A stretch of 64,000 nucleotides of DNA from the human T2T-CHM13v2.0 reference genome, Homo sapiens: NCBI RefSeq assembly GCF_009914755.1, contig NC_060930.1; one strand, written 5' to 3'. The position numbers and the translations under genes are program-made. This document shows positions 59,322 to 64,000 of this stretch, piece after piece; the stretch's first letter is position 1, and every line of letters begins with the position of its first letter. The notes beneath the pieces were generated by a model that saw nothing but the letters and a program-made list of their open reading frames with translations, did not search any database and was not told where the DNA came from.

Positions 59322-59863
59322 CCACCGGGCAAATGCAAAATTCAGGCATTTTTATAATGAGAATGTGTTCATCAGACCACAATAAAATCTCAGAATCTCA
59401 TTTCCTTAAGGAAATAATAGAATCATCACTAGATATCATTAGAGAAGATGTAAAATTACTTGTTTCTATATATGTGTAGAAATATATTTTATTACATGTA
59501 TCTTTACATAGATGACAAATATTTGATATATATTTTATATATATGTACCATGACTTTTCAATATATGCTATAATACAAAACTATTTTCACTTTATGTATT
59601 TACCATTTAATCCATTTAGTTTCTATACCCTGTGGCAGGGAATACTACAATGTGTGGGAATCTGGTCTTTCCATCTTCAGAGAAGGAGACCAGGTTCTCA
59701 TGGATGGCATTGACTTCCGCAGGCTGCTTTGAAGCTGGATGTAGTTTGCAGTTTACACTCTGTCACTTCCACTTTATATCATTATCAGATGCCAAAAACC
59801 AATCCTTCTCGAAGTACAAGAGGAGCAGAGTTGGGGGAAGTAAGGGGGAAAATGAGACTTGAC

Positions 59864-60085
<222 letters not shown>

Positions 60086-60551
60086 TGACTTTTAGTAAGT
60101 AATGATGCTGAAAATTCACGTGCTAAATTAGCCACCATGAAGTTTAGTCAGCTTAATAAAAAGGTAAAAAGAAAAGGTATCTTAGAAGACATGAAAGAAG
60201 TATGAGATCCAAAAGTAAAAACAGAGTCGTGCATGTGAGGTATAGGAAAAAACTAAGAAACAGAGACTGGAAAGAAAGAACAAATAATAATCAGAAATGT
60301 TAGCAAGTAGGTTTGAGTTTCAGATCTTTCTCTAAGCGACACCCTTTAAGACTTTGATAAACTAATTTACAGTTATTTGATAATGAAAAGAACTTCCGAA
60401 TGTCTAGTTATTTGAAGAGCTTTTTTAATTATAATAGGATAGAAATGCATGCTCCCCCCTTTTTCCATAAAGCATTCATTAACGTGTTAAAGGAAACGAA
60501 AGAATGATTAAAACCTAGATTTTCCTTGTGCGGCTTTTTCCTTTGATCCAG

Positions 60552-60662
60552 AAAAGAGCGGAAAACGTTGATGTTATTCATTTTCAAAGTCACGAACATG
60601 AACAAGTCATTCTGCATTGAATGATTTTTTCGTACTGTGTACAGTGCTAAAATCACATGCAG
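60552..60662 (+). other. candidate non-coding exon, 111 nt
   Basis: ctttttcctttgatccag acceptor, CAG|gtaaga donor, local CpG retention, all frames closed. Confidence 0.4.
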
Positions 60663-61009
60663 GTAAGATGTAAATACATGCCCACGAATGACCACATAAC
60701 ACCCACTCACAACTTCCACAGATATGCTGATAGCAGAATTGTCATTTAGATTGCCTACTGGATTTCCCAGAGAGGATGATCCCTTGCCTAAAGCTGTCAT
60801 TTTACCTCCTCTACAGGAAATAAGCAGGATGTAGGGCCTGCTGGTTTTTGTTGGTAATGACCTCCCACAGCAACCTTTTCTGTTCTCGCAATGAGAAATC
60901 CACACAACAGCACAGAATAACGTTAAAGAGAGCCTGATGGAGGTTTGTGTGCTAGTTACTATTTGCAGCCAGTGTTAGGATCTGTGTTGTACTTAAGTCA
61001 CAGGAATGT

Positions 61010-61250
61010 AATAAAGTTAACGTGTATCCAGTGCTTTCTATGTGCTAAGCGATGTTCAAATTGCTTCATGAGCATCCTCTCATTGAAATTTCACAGCAAC
61101 ACAATGGAGTCAATACCACTTTGTCCCCATTTGTTAGACGAGGAAACTGAGTGTAGCTCAGAGAAGAAATGTGCCCCAAGTCATATGCCTCGTAAGAAAT
61201 GGAACCAGGATTTGAACCTGGACAACTTGCTCCAGGACTTTTCATCAGTC
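61010..61250 (-). mobile_element. MIR
   Basis: ccccatttgttagacgaggaaactgag...ccaggatttgaacc. Confidence 0.8.
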
Positions 61251-62004
61251 CTCTTTCCTGCTTCACAAGGACATGTGTGAAAATGCTCCTGAATCTATGC
61301 CACAGAGCAGTCATTCTGATTATGGACATAATGCTCCGCTTTTATAGCATTTCAGCCATTATATATTAATGGTATATTGGCTGTTCTTTTCATCTGAAAA
61401 ACCTAAAACTTGACTATTGTGCTAGCTATCCTAGCTGAACAGTTTTTCATGTGTCATATTAGCAAATATGTTTTGTATTCTATCCAGGTATATCATACAC
61501 TTACTTTGAAGTCTGGAATTGTGTGTTGAATACTCTGCATCTTTAGACATCTGTAGTCGTTTTTGGTTTGATTTTGCCAATATCAGATACTTCTAGGTAT
61601 GAACTTATTTTCTCCATAAAGATGGATATGCCTTGTAGTTGCTATCTTGTAGGCAAGTGTCATCTGAGGCTTTCTAAAAGGCAGAGGTCCATGTGGATAT
61701 CCTGGAGAGGGAATAAAATAAGCCTAGTGTGTAAACTATTACAAAATATTTAATACATAAATATATCTGAAGTTGTGATATCTGACATACAGAGTAGTCA
61801 GTAAGGAATGAACCCTGTGCTTGCAGACGGTGTGGAAATTTCAATGCTTTTTTAAAGGTCTGAGCATGTGGCCTACTATATCCATGTACATTAAGTCATT
61901 CTTAAGGGATTTTTGAGATTTCAATTTAGAGATCTAAGTTAATTGTATTCTTCAGATGCTTTTTACACCAGACCACACTATTTTCCAGAGAATAAAAATG
62001 TTCT

Positions 62005-62284
62005 GGCCGGGTGTGGTGGCTCACACTTTGGGAGGCCGAGGCGGGCAGATCACCTGAGGTTGGAATTCGAGACCAGCCTGGCCAACATGGTGAAACCTCG
62101 TCTCAACTAAAAATACAAAAAAATTAGCTGGGCGTGGTGGCGGACACCTGTAATCCCAGCTACTCGGGAGACTGAGGCAGGAGAATCGCTTAACCCGGGA
62201 TGTGGAGGTTGCGGTGAGCCGAGATCACGCCATTGCACTCCAGCCTGGGCAACAAGAGCGAAACTCCATCTCAAAAAAAAAAAA
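62005..62284 (+). mobile_element. AluS with a small internal deletion
   Basis: ggctcacactttggg lacks the cctgtaatcccagc block. Confidence 0.93.
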
Positions 62285-62369
62285 GTGCCTACTTCTTAAG
62301 TGTTTTGAGTTATTCCAGTGTCCGTCGGTTATTTAATGATGAAAGCAATATATGAAATACCACGCGTTT

Positions 62370-63183
<814 letters not shown>

Positions 63184-63229
63184 AGGGTCAGATTGTTAAG
63201 TCTTGAATGGTAAGCACAGGGGTGTAGAG

Positions 63230-63511
63230 CAGCATTTCCTAAACTGTATTCTCTGTAGCCCAGTTAACCCACGAAGTGATTTGTGAAAATGCATTCTGTG
63301 ATCACATGAGTGTAGGCAACATCATAGTCCACAAAGTGTACATGGACTTCTCACAGTCTTGAATTTGCTAATACATACTATGCATTCCCAAGGAGGTAGA
63401 ATCATAGCATGCCACGTCTCTCACACTTTGAACACAGACTGCTTCCCAGAATACTCACGAACAGCTACCCTGCATGCTAGTTTTCTGTGTAATGCTGTTT
63501 GAAAAGCACTG
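63230..63511. mobile_element. MER102-like hAT MITE
   Basis: termini cagcatttcctaaac / gtttgaaaagcactg; ggacttctcacagtcttgaatttgctaat core. Confidence 0.6.
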
Positions 63512-63585
63512 GCTTCCATTGCTCCATGTAGGATGAAGCATTAAGAAACATTTTGGAAGAAGAGAACGATAAGAAGAAAGTATGA

Positions 63586-63878
<293 letters not shown>

Positions 63879-63958
63879 GGAAGTATGATTTAAGGAAAGT
63901 TTTATGTTGCTTAAATCTGCCTGCAGCTTTTTTTATTCCTGCAGGCATAGATCTAGGC

Positions 63959-64000
63959 CAGGGGTCCCCAACCCCTGGGCCATGGACCTGTACCAGTCTG
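63959..64000 (+). mobile_element. MER1 (hAT-Charlie) 5' end, cut by the window edge
   Basis: caggggtccccaacccctgggcc preceded by hAT-type target atctaggc. Confidence 0.85.

Noticed and set aside
60429-60905. 158-aa minus-strand ORF
   Set aside because: Non-ATG start, no domain similarity, antisense to the apparent transcription direction

Overview
Primate (human-like) genomic DNA with no recognisable protein-coding exon, RNA gene or CRISPR array. It reads as the interior of a large gene probably transcribed on the + strand; I cannot name the host gene. The window is dominated by about 35 Alu elements (J, S and Y types, most with visible target-site duplications, TSDs). It also holds MIR, L2, L3/CR1 and L1 fragments, MaLR solo LTRs (MLT1A x2, THE1, MLT1B) and fossil DNA transposons (MER58, Charlie1, Tigger4a, MER3, MER6, MER102, MER1). 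Nearly all listed ORFs are Alu, microsatellite or tandem-repeat artefacts. Highlights: (1) a multi-template insertion inside an AluY at 11.1-11.9 kb, built from an inverted copy of 10553-10640 and a direct copy of 12161-12182, later hit by another Alu; (2) a fossil LINE ORF1 at about 19.6-20.1 kb whose motifs look more like non-mammalian L1 ORF1; (3) a 1.5 kb degenerate 26-bp tandem array at 29.3-30.8 kb with higher-order structure and an ETS core in most units; (4) several + strand non-coding exon candidates (27740-27857, 56981-57086, 60552-60662); (5) a compact ETS/E-box/DR2 motif cluster at 36.4 kb. I see no convincing evidence of a new gene system. Repeat family names come from recalled consensus sequences and need RepeatMasker/Dfam confirmation; boundaries are approximate.
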